Shown: piece after piece, positions 1 to 11,215 of the stretch
Numbering within the stretch: the stretch's first letter is position 1
Layout: each line of letters begins with the position of its first letter
Source: an uncultured Actinomycetes bacterium
GTDB taxonomy: Bacteria; Actinomycetota; Actinomycetes; S36-B12; UBA10799
DNA: 64,000 nt
Direction of reading: 5' to 3'
Assembly: GCA_946803585.1 (NCBI GenBank)
Contig: CAMPEQ010000008.1
Span: 284,053 to 348,052, forward strand
Position numbers and translations under genes: made by a program
The notes under the pieces: generated by a model
Seen by the model: only the letters and a program-made list of their open reading frames with translations
The model's database searches: none
Told to the model about the DNA's origin: nothing

Positions 1-186
1 GTAGGCACGCTTGTGGCCACCACCCTGGTGCCGCGTCATGATGCGACCAGAGTTGTTACGGCCACCCTTCTTCGGCAGCGGACGCACCAGCGACTTCTCG
101 GGAGTCGAGCGAGTGACTTCAGCGAAGTCAGCCACACTCGAGCCACGACGCGATGGTGTCGTTGGCTTGTACTTACGGATACCCAT
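1..186 (-). CDS. rplB: 50S ribosomal protein L2, 5' part (runs off window)
   Basis: Manual translation from ATG 186: [21 protein letters not shown]...[22 protein letters not shown]; follows rplW. Confidence 0.97.
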   Translation of the reverse strand, partial: MGIRKYKPTTPSRRGSSVADFAEVTRSTPEKSLVRPLPKKGGRNNSGRIMTRHQGGGHKRAY

Positions 187-213
187 GACCTGTCCTATTC
201 ATGCGCCGATCGC

Positions 214-513
214 CTAAGCGACCGGGCCCCCGAAGATGTCGATACGGTCGCCTTGTTTCACCGAGACGATCGCTCGCTTGCTGTCAGCGCGCTTGCCGTA
301 GCCAGACTTGGTACGGACCCGCTTGCCACCACGATTAAGGGTGTTAACCCCGGTGACCTTTACCTTGAAGGCTGCCTCGACCGCGATCTTGATCTGCGTC
401 TTGTTCGCGTCGGGGTGCACCAAGAAGGTGTACTTGTTCTCGTCGAGTAGGGAGTAGCTCTTCTCGGACACAACTGGTCCCAAGAGCACGTCGCCCGGAT
501 TACCGATACGCAT
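214..513 (-). CDS. rplW: 50S ribosomal protein L23
   Basis: PVVSEKS...[19 protein letters not shown]; S10 gene order. Confidence 0.97.
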   Translation of the reverse strand: MRIGNPGDVLLGPVVSEKSYSLLDENKYTFLVHPDANKTQIKIAVEAAFKVKVTGVNTLNRGGKRVRTKSGYGKRADSKRAIVSVKQGDRIDIFGGPVA

Positions 514-1190
514 TATGCGGCCCCTTCTACTGCAGCGGTCGCTCGCTTACTCAGCGACGCGGTAGCGCGTTCCACGAAGGCATCGAATGCGGTCTTCGTG
601 AACACGACATCGTCGTTGCACAACACGTCGTAGGTGTTGAGCTGTTCTGGTGTCAGCAGGTGCACGTTCGCAGCATTGCGCAGCGACTTCCAGGCGGCAT
701 CATCAGCAACGTCCAACACAACCAACAGCTTGGCGTTGGCGCTCATGGCGCGCAAGGTTGCCACGGCATTCTTGGTCGACGGTGTCTCGTCGGTCAAGAA
801 CCCCGTCGCCACGTGGATGCGCTCATCGCGGGCCCGATCGGACAGGGCGCCACGGAGTGCAGCTGCCTTCATCTTCTTGGGGGTGCGCTGCTCGTAGCTA
901 CGCGGTGTTGGTCCGTGGACCGTGCCGCCACCAACGAACTGCGGTGCACGCGTCGAACCCTGACGGGCGCGGCCGGTGCCCTTCTGCTTGTACGGCTTGC
1001 GACCGCCACCACGAACTTCGGCGCGAGTCTTAGTCGAGTGCGTTCCCTGTCGAGCTGCTGCCAGCTGGGCAACGACGACCTGGTGCATCAACGGGATGTT
1101 GGCTTCAACATCGAAGATCGCAGCTGGGAGGTCGACGGTTCCGTCGGTTCCGCCGTCTGGGGTATGGACCGAGATGGTTGTCATGCTCAT
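513..1190 (-). CDS. rplD: 50S ribosomal protein L4
   Basis: [33 protein letters not shown]; start may be 1184. Confidence 0.97.
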   Translation of the reverse strand: MSMTTISVHTPDGGTDGTVDLPAAIFDVEANIPLMHQVVVAQLAAARQGTHSTKTRAEVRGGGRKPYKQKGTGRARQGSTRAPQFVGGGTVHGPTPRSYEQRTPKKMKAAALRGALSDRARDERIHVATGFLTDETPSTKNAVATLRAMSANAKLLVVLDVADDAAWKSLRNAANVHLLTPEQLNTYDVLCNDDVVFTKTAFDAFVERATASLSKRATAAVEGAA

Positions 1191-1846
1191 GCTCCCTTCG
1201 CTGTCTTAGCTTTCACAGCACTGCGGATAAGCACGAGTGATCCCTTTGACCCGGGTACAGCGCCCTTGATGAGCAGCAAACCCTTGTCGGCATCGACCCC
1301 TGCGATCGTCATGCTCTGTACGGTCTTGGCTTCGTTACCGTCACGACCCGCCATCCGCATGCCCTTGAAGACACGCCCTGGCGTCGCGCAAGCACCAATC
1401 GATCCTGGCTTGCGGTGGTTGCGGTGCGCACCGTGGGAGGCACCAACGCCATGGAAGCCGTGACGCTTCATGACACCGGAGTAACCCTTGCCCTTGGTGG
1501 TTCCCGAGACGTCGACCAACTGGCCGGTCTCGAAGATGTCTGCGGTGATCTGCTGACCCAAGGTGTACTCGCTAGCGTCGTCGGTACGCAGTTCAACCAG
1601 GTGGCGCTTTGGTGCAACGCCCGCCTTGTTGAAGTGTCCGGCGTCGGGCTTGTTCACCTTGCGTGGCTCGATGCTGCCGAAGCCGAGTTGGACGGCCGAG
1701 TAGCCATCAACCTCTGGCGAGCGCACCTGCGTCACAACGCAAGGGCCCGCCTTGATGACGGTTACTGGCACGACGCGATTGCTCTCGTCCCAGACCTGGG
1801 TCATGCCGAGCTTCTCGCCCAGCACTCCCTTCACGTTCTTACCCAT
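1187..1846 (-). CDS. rplC: 50S ribosomal protein L3
   Basis: [36 protein letters not shown]. Confidence 0.98.
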   Translation of the reverse strand: MGKNVKGVLGEKLGMTQVWDESNRVVPVTVIKAGPCVVTQVRSPEVDGYSAVQLGFGSIEPRKVNKPDAGHFNKAGVAPKRHLVELRTDDASEYTLGQQITADIFETGQLVDVSGTTKGKGYSGVMKRHGFHGVGASHGAHRNHRKPGSIGACATPGRVFKGMRMAGRDGNEAKTVQSMTIAGVDADKGLLLIKGAVPGSKGSLVLIRSAVKAKTAKGA

Positions 1847-1867
1847 GATTGTCGCTTCCTCGCCTGT

Positions 1868-2176
1868 CTACAGCTTGATTTCGATGTCGACCCCGGCCGG
1901 CAGATCGAGACGCATGAGCGAATCGACTGTCTTTGGCGTGGGATCGAGAATGTCGATGAGGCGCTTATGTGTGCGCATCTCGAAGTGCTCGCGGCTGTCC
2001 TTGTACTTGTGTGGTGAACGAATAACGCAGTACACGTTCTTCTCGGTCGGCAGCGGCACTGGGCCAGCTACCTGCGCACCGGTACGAGTCACCGTCTCGA
2101 CAATCTTACGCGCCGAGTTATCGATGACCTCGTGGTCATAGGCTTTGAGCCTAATGCGGATCTTCTGTCCCGCCAT
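1868..2176 (-). CDS. rpsJ: 30S ribosomal protein S10
   Basis: [11 protein letters not shown]...[24 protein letters not shown]. Confidence 0.99.
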   Translation of the reverse strand: MAGQKIRIRLKAYDHEVIDNSARKIVETVTRTGAQVAGPVPLPTEKNVYCVIRSPHKYKDSREHFEMRTHKRLIDILDPTPKTVDSLMRLDLPAGVDIEIKL

Positions 2177-2255
2177 GGCCGCTTACTTCCTCACTATTGT
2201 TTTCAACAAAGGTCTGTGTGGTCTTACTTCTTACTGTCGTGCATTCCTGCGCGGT

Positions 2256-2291
2256 CAGGATTGGCGCCAACTGAGGCCGACGCCAATCCTG
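2256..2291 (-). terminator. Stem-loop between tuf and rpsJ (terminator or processing/stability hairpin)
   Basis: 11-bp arms CAGGATTGGCG / CGCCAATCCTG; no clear U-tract. Confidence 0.5.
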
Positions 2292-2307
2292 TCCAACGGC
2301 AGAAGTA

Positions 2308-3501
<1,194 letters not shown>

Positions 3502-3585
3502 TGGTGCCTCCTAATAACTGTTGGTTTGGTTTGTATTCGGTTGTCTAGGTGTTGTTGATTTGGTCTGGCGTTGTGATTGGTGGTG

Positions 3586-5709
3586 CTACTCGCCCTTAGC
3601 CTTGGCGATGATCTCCTCAGCGACGTTGTTCGGCACCTGGGCGTAGGAGTCGAACTGCATTGAGTAGCTTGCGCGTCCCTGGGTGCGTGAACGAAGGTCG
3701 CCGACGTAGCCGAACATCTCGCTCAATGGGACCAGTGCCTGAACAACCCGGGCACCGCTGCGCTCATCCATCGACAGGATCTGACCTCGGCGAGAGTTTA
3801 CGTCGCCGATGACATCGCCCATGAAGTCTTCAGGTGTGAAGACCTCGACGGCCATCATTGGCTCGAGGAGGACAGGTCCAGCGCGACGAGCGCCGTCCTT
3901 GAACGCCATCGAACCGGCAATCTTGAACGCAAGTTCTGAGGAGTCAACGTCGTGGTACGCGCCGTCAAGCAACGTGACCTTGACATCAACCATTGGGTAG
4001 CCGGCCAGCACACCGTTCTGCATGGCGTCTTGGCAACCCGCGTCAACCGAAGGAATGTACTCGCGAGGGATACGACCACCGGTGACCTTGTTGACGAACT
4101 CGTAGCCGGTCTCTGCGCGATCCTCGGCATCTTCTTCGGTCGGCGCATTGGGACCCATCGAGATGATCACGCGACCGAACTGACCGGATCCACCGGTCTG
4201 CTTCTTGTGCGTGTACTCGATCTTGGGGACCTCTTTGGTGATGGTCTCGCGGTAGGCAACCTGCGGCTTGCCCACGTTGGCCTCAACGTTGAACTCGCGC
4301 CGCATACGGTCGACGAGGACCTCGAGGTGTAGCTCGCCCATTCCCTCGATGATCGTCTGACCGGTCTCCTCGTCCGAGTGGACGCGGAAGGTCGGATCCT
4401 CATCCGAAAGGCGCTGGATGGCGGTAGCAAGTTTGTCTTGGTCGCTCTTGGTCTTTGGCTCAATCGCAACCGAGATGACTGGTGCGGGGAAAGTCATCGA
4501 CTCGAGAATGACCGGGTTTCCCGCGTCACAGAGAGTCTCCCCCGTCGTCGTTCCTTTAAGGCCCATCACCGCAACGATCTCGCCAGCGCCAACCGAGTCG
4601 ATCTCTTCTCGCTTGTTTGCGTGCATCCGGTAGATCTTTCCGATTCGCTCCTTACGACCCTTGACACTGTTGGTGACCGACGAACCGGCGGTCAGGGTGC
4701 CTGAGTAGATGCGAATGTAGGTGAGCTTTCCGAGGTGCGGATCAGCGGCAATCTTGAAGGCCAAAGCTGAGAACGGCTCGTTGGAATCTGGTTGGCGATC
4801 GACCTCGACCGACTCATCGCCTGGCTTATGGCCCTTGATGGCCTCAATGTCGAGCGGAGAAGGCAAGTAGGCAATGACCGCATCGAGCATCGGCTGAACG
4901 CCTTTGTTCTTAAACGCCGACCCGGTAAGGATCGGATTAACCGCATTGGCGAGGGTCGCACGGCGGATTGCGGCGTGAAGCTCATCGACGGTCGGTTCAA
5001 CACCTTCGAGGAACTTCTCCATCAGTTCATCGTCGTTCTCGGAAATCGTCTCGATGAGCTTCTCGCGCCACTCAGCAGCTTGCTCAGCCAAGTCAGCCGG
5101 GATTTCTTCGACGGCGTAGTCCTCGCCGATTGCTGTCTCGCCGCGCCACACAAGCGCGCGCATTCCAACCAGGTCGACAACTCCAATGAAATCGCCCTCG
5201 GCGCCGATCGGAATCTGCAGCACGAGAGCGGTTGCGCCGAGGCGCTTAATGATGGTGTCGACACACATGAAGAAGTCAGCGCCGGTGCGATCGAGCTTGT
5301 TAACGAAGCACATACGCGGAACGTTGTATTTGTCAGCCTGACGCCACACAGTTTCAGACTGAGGCTCAACACCGGCGACGCCATCAAACACCGCAACCGC
5401 GCCGTCAAGTACGCGCAGCGAGCGCTCTACCTCAACGGTGAAGTCAACGTGGCCTGGGGTATCGATGATGTTGATCTGATGGTCTTTCCAGTGACAAGTG
5501 GTCGCCGCAGACGTGATCGTGATGCCACGCTCCTGCTCCTGCTCCATCCAGTCCATCGTTGCGCCACCATCGTGCACTTCACCGATCTTGTAGTTGATAC
5601 CGGTGTAGAACAAGATGCGCTCGGTGGTGGTGGTTTTACCCGCGTCAATATGCGCCATGATCCCGATGTTGCGGACCTTGGCCAGGTCGGTAGCGGTTCC
5701 GGTTGCCAC
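3586..5709 (-). CDS. fusA: Elongation factor G
   Basis: [27 protein letters not shown]; 707 aa. Confidence 0.99.
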   Translation of the reverse strand: MATGTATDLAKVRNIGIMAHIDAGKTTTTERILFYTGINYKIGEVHDGGATMDWMEQEQERGITITSAATTCHWKDHQINIIDTPGHVDFTVEVERSLRVLDGAVAVFDGVAGVEPQSETVWRQADKYNVPRMCFVNKLDRTGADFFMCVDTIIKRLGATALVLQIPIGAEGDFIGVVDLVGMRALVWRGETAIGEDYAVEEIPADLAEQAAEWREKLIETISENDDELMEKFLEGVEPTVDELHAAIRRATLANAVNPILTGSAFKNKGVQPMLDAVIAYLPSPLDIEAIKGHKPGDESVEVDRQPDSNEPFSALAFKIAADPHLGKLTYIRIYSGTLTAGSSVTNSVKGRKERIGKIYRMHANKREEIDSVGAGEIVAVMGLKGTTTGETLCDAGNPVILESMTFPAPVISVAIEPKTKSDQDKLATAIQRLSDEDPTFRVHSDEETGQTIIEGMGELHLEVLVDRMRREFNVEANVGKPQVAYRETITKEVPKIEYTHKKQTGGSGQFGRVIISMGPNAPTEEDAEDRAETGYEFVNKVTGGRIPREYIPSVDAGCQDAMQNGVLAGYPMVDVKVTLLDGAYHDVDSSELAFKIAGSMAFKDGARRAGPVLLEPMMAVEVFTPEDFMGDVIGDVNSRRGQILSMDERSGARVVQALVPLSEMFGYVGDLRSRTQGRASYSMQFDSYAQVPNNVAEEIIAKAKGE

Positions 5710-5766
5710 GAGTGTTCTCCTGCGTCTGTTCTACGTGCTACGAATACGGATGGGTTAGTAAGTGGG

Positions 5767-6237
5767 TTACCAGCGGTAGTGAGCGAATGCCTTGTTGGCT
5801 TCGGCCATCTTGTGGGTGTCTTCACGCTTCTTGACGCTCGCACCGAGGCCGTTGCTGGCATCGAGGATCTCGTTCATGAGGCGCTCGGTCATCGTCTTCT
5901 CGCGGCGGGCGCGGGAGTATCCGATCAACCAGCGAAGCGCGAGGGTGTTGGCGCGCTGCGGCTTGACCTCAACGGGTACCTGGTAAGTGGCGCCACCAAC
6001 GCGGCGGCTGCGAACCTCGAGCGTTGGCTTGACATTGTCAAGTGCGCGCTTGAGGGTCGAGACGGGATCGACACCAGTCTTCTCGCGGCATCCTTCAAGG
6101 GCGCCGTAGACGATGGATTCGGCCGTGGACTTCTTGCCGTCGAGCAGCACCTTGTTGACCAACTGGCTGACCAGTGGGGAGCTGTAGACGGGGTCTACGA
6201 CGACGGGCCGCTTCGGGGCGGGACCTTTACGTGGCAT
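5767..6237 (-). CDS. rpsG: 30S ribosomal protein S7
   Basis: [10 protein letters not shown]...[11 protein letters not shown]...[12 protein letters not shown]. Confidence 0.99.
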   Translation of the reverse strand: MPRKGPAPKRPVVVDPVYSSPLVSQLVNKVLLDGKKSTAESIVYGALEGCREKTGVDPVSTLKRALDNVKPTLEVRSRRVGGATYQVPVEVKPQRANTLALRWLIGYSRARREKTMTERLMNEILDASNGLGASVKKREDTHKMAEANKAFAHYRW

Positions 6238-6247
6238 TTGCTGCTAC

Positions 6248-6622
6248 CTACCCTTTTTCCTTCTTGGCGCCGTAGCGGCTGCGAGCCTGCTTACGGTTCT
6301 TCACACCTTGGGTGTCGAGCGCACCGCGCACGACCTTGTACCGAACACCGGGCAAGTCCTTCACACGACCGCCACGAACGAGCACGATGGAGTGCTCCTG
6401 GAGGTTGTGGCCAACGCCTGGGATGTAGGCCGTGACCTCAATACCGCTGGACAGGCGAACACGCGCAACCTTGCGAAGCGCAGAGTTTGGCTTCTTAGGC
6501 GTCGTTGTGTAGACGCGAGTACAAACCCCGCGACGTTGGGGGCTGCCTTTGAGCGCGGGGGTCTTGTTCTTCGAGACCTTGTCCTGTCGGCCCTTGCGGA
6601 CCAACTGCTGAATGGTGGGCAC
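6248..6622 (-). CDS. rpsL: 30S ribosomal protein S12
   Basis: [29 protein letters not shown]. Confidence 0.99.
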   Translation of the reverse strand: MPTIQQLVRKGRQDKVSKNKTPALKGSPQRRGVCTRVYTTTPKKPNSALRKVARVRLSSGIEVTAYIPGVGHNLQEHSIVLVRGGRVKDLPGVRYKVVRGALDTQGVKNRKQARSRYGAKKEKG

Positions 6623-6942
6623 CGAGTCTCCGTTACATACGTTGGCTGTTGGATAGCTTGCTTGCTGTCGCTCTTACTGTCTTTCCCGTTTTTCGTGTCC
6701 TTACTCCCCCAACTTTCTCCGACCCCCGCGTTCGGGCGTGTCGCACTTGTTGGCAGACATACACCAACCAGCCGAAACGGCCACTGAAACGTGGATCGGA
6801 TCGCTACCCCCCACCGGACGTCCGCCGTATGAGTCCGTCGCGATAACTCGAACGAGTTAGGCGCCAGATCCGACACGTTGTTGTGCGGCACATTCCGTAA
6901 TGTGATGGAGCGAGTGCTTGGGGATGCCAGGCACAGTCGATA

Positions 6943-6972
6943 AGGCTACCCGACGCGCATCTGTCCGGTCAA
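6943..6972 (-). promoter_or_regulatory. Putative sigma-A promoter of the str operon
   Basis: TTGACC-N18-TAGCCT on the minus strand, about 320 nt upstream of rpsL. Confidence 0.6.
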
Positions 6973-7025
6973 AGGCGGCCGGCATGATGCCCGTCACTTA
7001 TCTCAACCCGACCGCCCAAAGCGGA

Positions 7026-7592
7026 CTAACCAGGTATCCCCGATGGTGTCGTGAACGGTGTTGGGAAGGTCGTGTTGTAGGTGTTCGGGGTGTCAAACTC
7101 CCCTGCGGCGATCAGGATCCCGAAGATCACAACGTAGAACAGGATGAAGATCACGAAGAAGGCGATGTTGATCCAGGCGATCACCTTGGCAGCTGTGACG
7201 AAACCGGTGCCGGTTTGCCAACCTCCGCTTTGTTCGATCTCCTTCTTGCCTTTACTGGCAAATACCAGCGCGACGATGGCCGCAATGACAGGGCATACCA
7301 CCCACGAGACGATGGAGAGAACGAACGCGACGATCGCATTCGAGTTCGTTTGTGGCATCGCCGCTGGTGCACTTGCCCCGTAGCCGGGCGTTTGCGGGAA
7401 CTGGTTGGCCGGTGGCTGATTGATCGGCGCACCGTAGGGCTGGCTGAATCCGCTGGGTTGTGGGGCGGCAGGGGGTTGCACCGGTGGCTGGTAGGGCGGT
7501 AACGGTGGGGGCGCGGGTGCAGGCATCGGTGGTTGCCCACTGACCGGATCAATCGGCTGCTGTGGATCCTGTGGTGGTTGTTGATCGGACAC
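7026..7592 (-). CDS. Pro-rich membrane protein, DUF4190-like
   Basis: Pro/Gln-rich N-terminus, then two TM segments (TNSNAIVAFVLSI...G.G.V.AAKVIAWI); GGAGG RBS before GTG 7592 (ORF track starts at 7652). Confidence 0.75.
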   Translation of the reverse strand: MSDQQPPQDPQQPIDPVSGQPPMPAPAPPPLPPYQPPVQPPAAPQPSGFSQPYGAPINQPPANQFPQTPGYGASAPAAMPQTNSNAIVAFVLSIVSWVVCPVIAAIVALVFASKGKKEIEQSGGWQTGTGFVTAAKVIAWINIAFFVIFILFYVVIFGILIAAGEFDTPNTYNTTFPTPFTTPSGIPG

Positions 7593-7677
7593 GGCTCCTC
7601 CAAGCGTCGATGACCTAATCGAACTCTTCCACTGCCGGACATATCGGGTCAAACGCAGACCTGGTGCGGTGACCCAT

Positions 7678-8880
7678 CTAGGACGTCAGCAGCACCCGCA
7701 CGAGGTCTCCCTGCTCAATCGAGGATGTGCCTGGCTCAACCTCAATGAGGCAGTTCGTATCGCGCAACGTCGTGAGGCGATGGGAGCCGTGCACGCCAGG
7801 AGTCGCAACCTCATTCGCCGCAAGATCAACCCAGGCTGGCAGATACCGTGTGCGATCGACACTTCTTCGCACGCTGACCGCAGAACGCACCGTCACAAGG
7901 CTTCGCTCAGGATTCGGATACCCCAGCATCTTGCGCAGTGCTGGCACGACGAAGAGCTCAAACGAGACGGCAGAACTAACCGGGTTTCCCGGTAGCGCGA
8001 TCACCGGCGTCGAGTCGAGGTGTCCCCGGCCCTGCGGCTTACCTGGCTGGACCGCAACGTGCACGAACTCCATCTGCCCGACCTGGGTGAATACGTCCTT
8101 GACCACCTCGTATGCCCCCGCACTGACTCCACCCATCGTGATAACCAAATCGCAGTCCTTAGCTGTGGCCCTAAGCCACGAAACCGCATCGCCAACGCTG
8201 TCCGACAGCGTCGCGACCGCCGTCGGCTCAAGTCCCAGGTTGCGCAGCAGGGCAGCCATTAAGTGGCTATTAGAATCGAATATCTGGCCCTGGCCCAGAA
8301 TGCCTCCGCCCGCGACGAGCTCACCACCGGTTGCCGCGACGGCGACCCGCGGCCGCCGTCGCACCGGCAATGACTGCAATCCGACCGAGGCAGCCAGTCC
8401 GATCAGACCCGGACCAATGACGGTCCCAGCGGCCAGTAGCGGACTACCAGCCGAGAAGTCCTCCCCCTCACACCTAATCGCCTCACCCGGATCAACCGAC
8501 CTATCGATCCGCACCCTGGACGTACCGCCGTCTGTCCACTCAACCCGAACCACTGCGTCAGCGCCAGCGGGGATAGGTGCACCGGTCATGATTCTGTGCG
8601 CGGTCCCAGCAATCAGTTCCCGATCCCCTGCGGCACCGGCCGGGATATCGGCGGCAACCTCTAGCACGGCTGGTAGCTCACCTAGATCCGCTGACCTGAC
8701 CGCGTATCCATCCATCGCCGAATTCGCAAAGGCTGGTGAACTCATGGGAGCCGCGATGTCGGCGGCTAGGACTAGGCCGAGCGCATCGTCAATTGGGACA
8801 TCCGTGATGGGCATCGGCGCCACCGCGTCGATGATTGACTGGCGGTACTGAGCAACGGAGAGCATGTCGTCGGCGATCAC
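7678..8880 (-). CDS. moeA: Molybdopterin molybdotransferase
   Basis: NSAMDGYAV, RIMTGAPIP, GGVSAG, QPGKPQ, LPGNPVS. Confidence 0.95.
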   Translation of the reverse strand: MIADDMLSVAQYRQSIIDAVAPMPITDVPIDDALGLVLAADIAAPMSSPAFANSAMDGYAVRSADLGELPAVLEVAADIPAGAAGDRELIAGTAHRIMTGAPIPAGADAVVRVEWTDGGTSRVRIDRSVDPGEAIRCEGEDFSAGSPLLAAGTVIGPGLIGLAASVGLQSLPVRRRPRVAVAATGGELVAGGGILGQGQIFDSNSHLMAALLRNLGLEPTAVATLSDSVGDAVSWLRATAKDCDLVITMGGVSAGAYEVVKDVFTQVGQMEFVHVAVQPGKPQGRGHLDSTPVIALPGNPVSSAVSFELFVVPALRKMLGYPNPERSLVTVRSAVSVRRSVDRTRYLPAWVDLAANEVATPGVHGSHRLTTLRDTNCLIEVEPGTSSIEQGDLVRVLLTS

Positions 8881-8938
8881 GCCCCCATCATGGCCAGTAC
8901 CTACCTAGCCGAATGCACGCCGGGCATAGATTGGCGGT

Positions 8939-9583
8939 GTGTCCAAGGCCGATTCAAGCGATCTCCCCACCACTGCAGCCCGTGGCGAACTGACCTTCGA
9001 TGCGATCCTGCTAGCGGGTGGCGGGTCTGCCCGCATGGCAGGTCGCAACAAGCTGGAGCTGCTCGTTGGTGGGGTACCACTACTCGAGCGGGCGCTTACG
9101 GCGGCGACTGACGCCCGTCATGTCGTGTTGATGGGCGACCAAATAGCCAGGTGGGCCGACTACCACTGGATCGCCGAAGAGCCCCGAGGTTCAGGGCCGG
9201 CCTACTGCGTGGCCTACGGCGTACGAGAACTAGAACTCCTGTCCCGAACATCTTCCGATGACCTCAGTCCCATCGTCCTGATCGCTGGGGACATGCCCTT
9301 TGCTGCTTCCGCGATCCCACGATTACTCACGGCGCTACCCCGCCACGATGCCGCCGTCCTCACCGACGATTCAGGCAGGGAGCAGTACCTACTCGCGGCT
9401 TGGAACCGCACATCATTGCTCGCACAAGCACGAGATATTGCGCCTCATTCCGCGGTCCGATCCCTCTATGAAAATGCGTCAATCGTGCGAGTCGGCGCCA
9501 AGTCGGGAGAGGCGATGGACTGCGACACACCCACTGCCCTCACTCGGGCACGGGAGTTTGCCACTCAGCAATCTGCGCCTTGA
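8939..9583 (+). CDS. mobA: Molybdenum cofactor guanylyltransferase (MobA-like NTP transferase)
   Basis: ILLAGGGSARMAG.NK, GDMPF, DCDTP; Moco context. Confidence 0.85.
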   Translation: MSKADSSDLPTTAARGELTFDAILLAGGGSARMAGRNKLELLVGGVPLLERALTAATDARHVVLMGDQIARWADYHWIAEEPRGSGPAYCVAYGVRELELLSRTSSDDLSPIVLIAGDMPFAASAIPRLLTALPRHDAAVLTDDSGREQYLLAAWNRTSLLAQARDIAPHSAVRSLYENASIVRVGAKSGEAMDCDTPTALTRAREFATQQSAP

Positions 9584-9779
9584 CCGTGGCGATCGCCTTC
9601 GCCTCGGTCATCCCCGCTCCAACTGCCAAACCGATGAGGTGCAGGGTCAACGGCGCAGCCGGTCGATCAATGTTGTGGGCGACGTCACGGGTGATGTCCA
9701 GGAGTTCGCCCACCGCAACCGCATCGTCCACGCCCAAAGACTGCGCAACGGTGCCGAGCCACTCGTGCATTGTGTCCAT
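9540..9779 (-). CDS. Small DUF6457-like protein
   Basis: W...LG...LLDITRDVAHNIDRPAAPLT..LIGLAVG motif; AAGGAG RBS. Confidence 0.75.
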   Translation of the reverse strand: MDTMHEWLGTVAQSLGVDDAVAVGELLDITRDVAHNIDRPAAPLTLHLIGLAVGAGMTEAKAIATVKAQIAEWQTPVPE

Positions 9780-9821
9780 CTCGACTCCTTTGATCTGTTC
9801 GCCAGCTCCGGCTAGCCCAAC

Positions 9822-10574
9822 CTACCGTCGGGTACCTGAGAGTCCAGGCTTCTCCCAACCTGGACGTGGATCGCGGTTGCCCGCTTGCGGCTGATCATCC
9901 CTTGACCGGTACACAATGTAGGGCCGCCAGAGGTACCCAACGGGTGCACTCAAGACGTGAACCAGGCGGGTGTACGGCCAGATCCCGATCAGCAGGAAAG
10001 CCGATAAGGCGTGCACCTTAAACAGCACTGGAGCGACAACAATGTCTTGGACCTGGGGATTGAGGTAGAAGATCGACCGGAACCACTCGGCAACTGTGAG
10101 CCGGTAGTCGTACCCGCCACCGAGGATCTGCCAGTAGAACGTTGTGACGAGCCCCAGCACGATCACCGTTCCCAGCACGACGTACATAAGTTTGTCGGTG
10201 CGCGTTGTCGCCCGGAACACCGAAGGTGTGGACCTGCGACGGTAGATGAGGCCGATGAGGCCGATCACCATGACAACCCCAGCGATACTGCCAAGCACGG
10301 CGGAGGCTACGTGGTACTGAGATTCACTAATGCCGACTGCTTCGGTCCAGCTCTCCGGGATCACTAGGCCGACGAAGTGTCCAGCCAGCACCCCGAGGAG
10401 TCCAAAGTGAAACATCGGACTTGACCAACGCAGCAGCCTGGACTCGTACCACTGGCTCGATCGAGTAGTCCAACCAAACTTGTCGTACTTGTAGCGCCAA
10501 ATATGCCCGACGACAAACGACGTCAAGCAGATGTACGGGAACACAATGAAGAGGAAGTTATTCAGGCTGTTCAT
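9822..10574 (-). CDS. narI: Respiratory nitrate reductase gamma subunit (cytochrome b)
   Basis: WRYKYDKFGWTTRSSQ, heme-ligating His residues, PYTRLVH. Confidence 0.96.
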   Translation of the reverse strand: MNSLNNFLFIVFPYICLTSFVVGHIWRYKYDKFGWTTRSSQWYESRLLRWSSPMFHFGLLGVLAGHFVGLVIPESWTEAVGISESQYHVASAVLGSIAGVVMVIGLIGLIYRRRSTPSVFRATTRTDKLMYVVLGTVIVLGLVTTFYWQILGGGYDYRLTVAEWFRSIFYLNPQVQDIVVAPVLFKVHALSAFLLIGIWPYTRLVHVLSAPVGYLWRPYIVYRSRDDQPQAGNRDPRPGWEKPGLSGTRR

Positions 10575-11215
10575 AGCCGTGCTCCTGTCGAGATATCGGT
10601 CAACATGAATGGTTCAAGGCCGACTGATTCGGTGGGTGGTCCTTGTGCGACCAACAGCCTCGCCGCCGCCTTCTGCGCCGAGGTAAGGGCTGGCAGAGTC
10701 GCCAAGACAGCCTCGATGACGTGCTGTTGCGGCGCCTGCACTTTGGCTAGCGCTGCTTGTAAGACCTCGAGTCCTTCGCGATGCTCATCAATCAACGCCT
10801 CGGTGGCCTTAGCCGCATCGCCGCCATGAGCGCTGAACTCCAGTAGTAGCGGCAGGAAGTCCGGCAGCTCACCGTCATCGACGGTGAACCCCTGCTGAAG
10901 ATAGGTCTCTTTAAACCGCAGCAGCGCCATCCCCCGTCGCCGGGTGTCACCGTTGAGGTAATAGCTTAGGTACAGGCAGCAACGTCGCTTGAGGTCGAAA
11001 GTTGCGACGTACTTTGCTTGTAGCTCTAGTAGCGTCATTCCGTCTACGGCAGCGAAGTACTTGTTCAGTGGGTTGGCAACCCGGGCCGGGAGTCGTTCGA
11101 CGCCGGCTCGAATCGTCGGCAGCTCCGCCATCAGTTGCTCATCGGGATAGGCCAGCAGTCGCGACGAGATGATGTCGGCGAGTTGCCGTAGGTCTGGAGC
11201 TAGGTCGGTGCTCAT
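10571..11215 (-). CDS. narJ: Nitrate reductase Moco assembly chaperone
   Basis: YVATFD..RRCCLYL, GDTRRRG, ELPDFLP. Confidence 0.95.
   Translation of the reverse strand: MSTDLAPDLRQLADIISSRLLAYPDEQLMAELPTIRAGVERLPARVANPLNKYFAAVDGMTLLELQAKYVATFDLKRRCCLYLSYYLNGDTRRRGMALLRFKETYLQQGFTVDDGELPDFLPLLLEFSAHGGDAAKATEALIDEHREGLEVLQAALAKVQAPQQHVIEAVLATLPALTSAQKAAARLLVAQGPPTESVGLEPFMLTDISTGARL

Noticed and set aside
4100-4150. Acidic insertion in EF-G domain IV ([12 protein letters not shown])
   Set aside because: Falls in a loop that varies in length among bacteria; no functional inference is supportable.
4792-6435. 547-aa plus-strand ORF
   Set aside because: Antisense shadow of fusA/rpsG/rpsL caused by codon bias; no recognisable motifs.
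6248-6622. Streptomycin-resistance substitutions in S12
   Set aside because: Both key lysines (PKKPNS, RVKDLP) are wild type.
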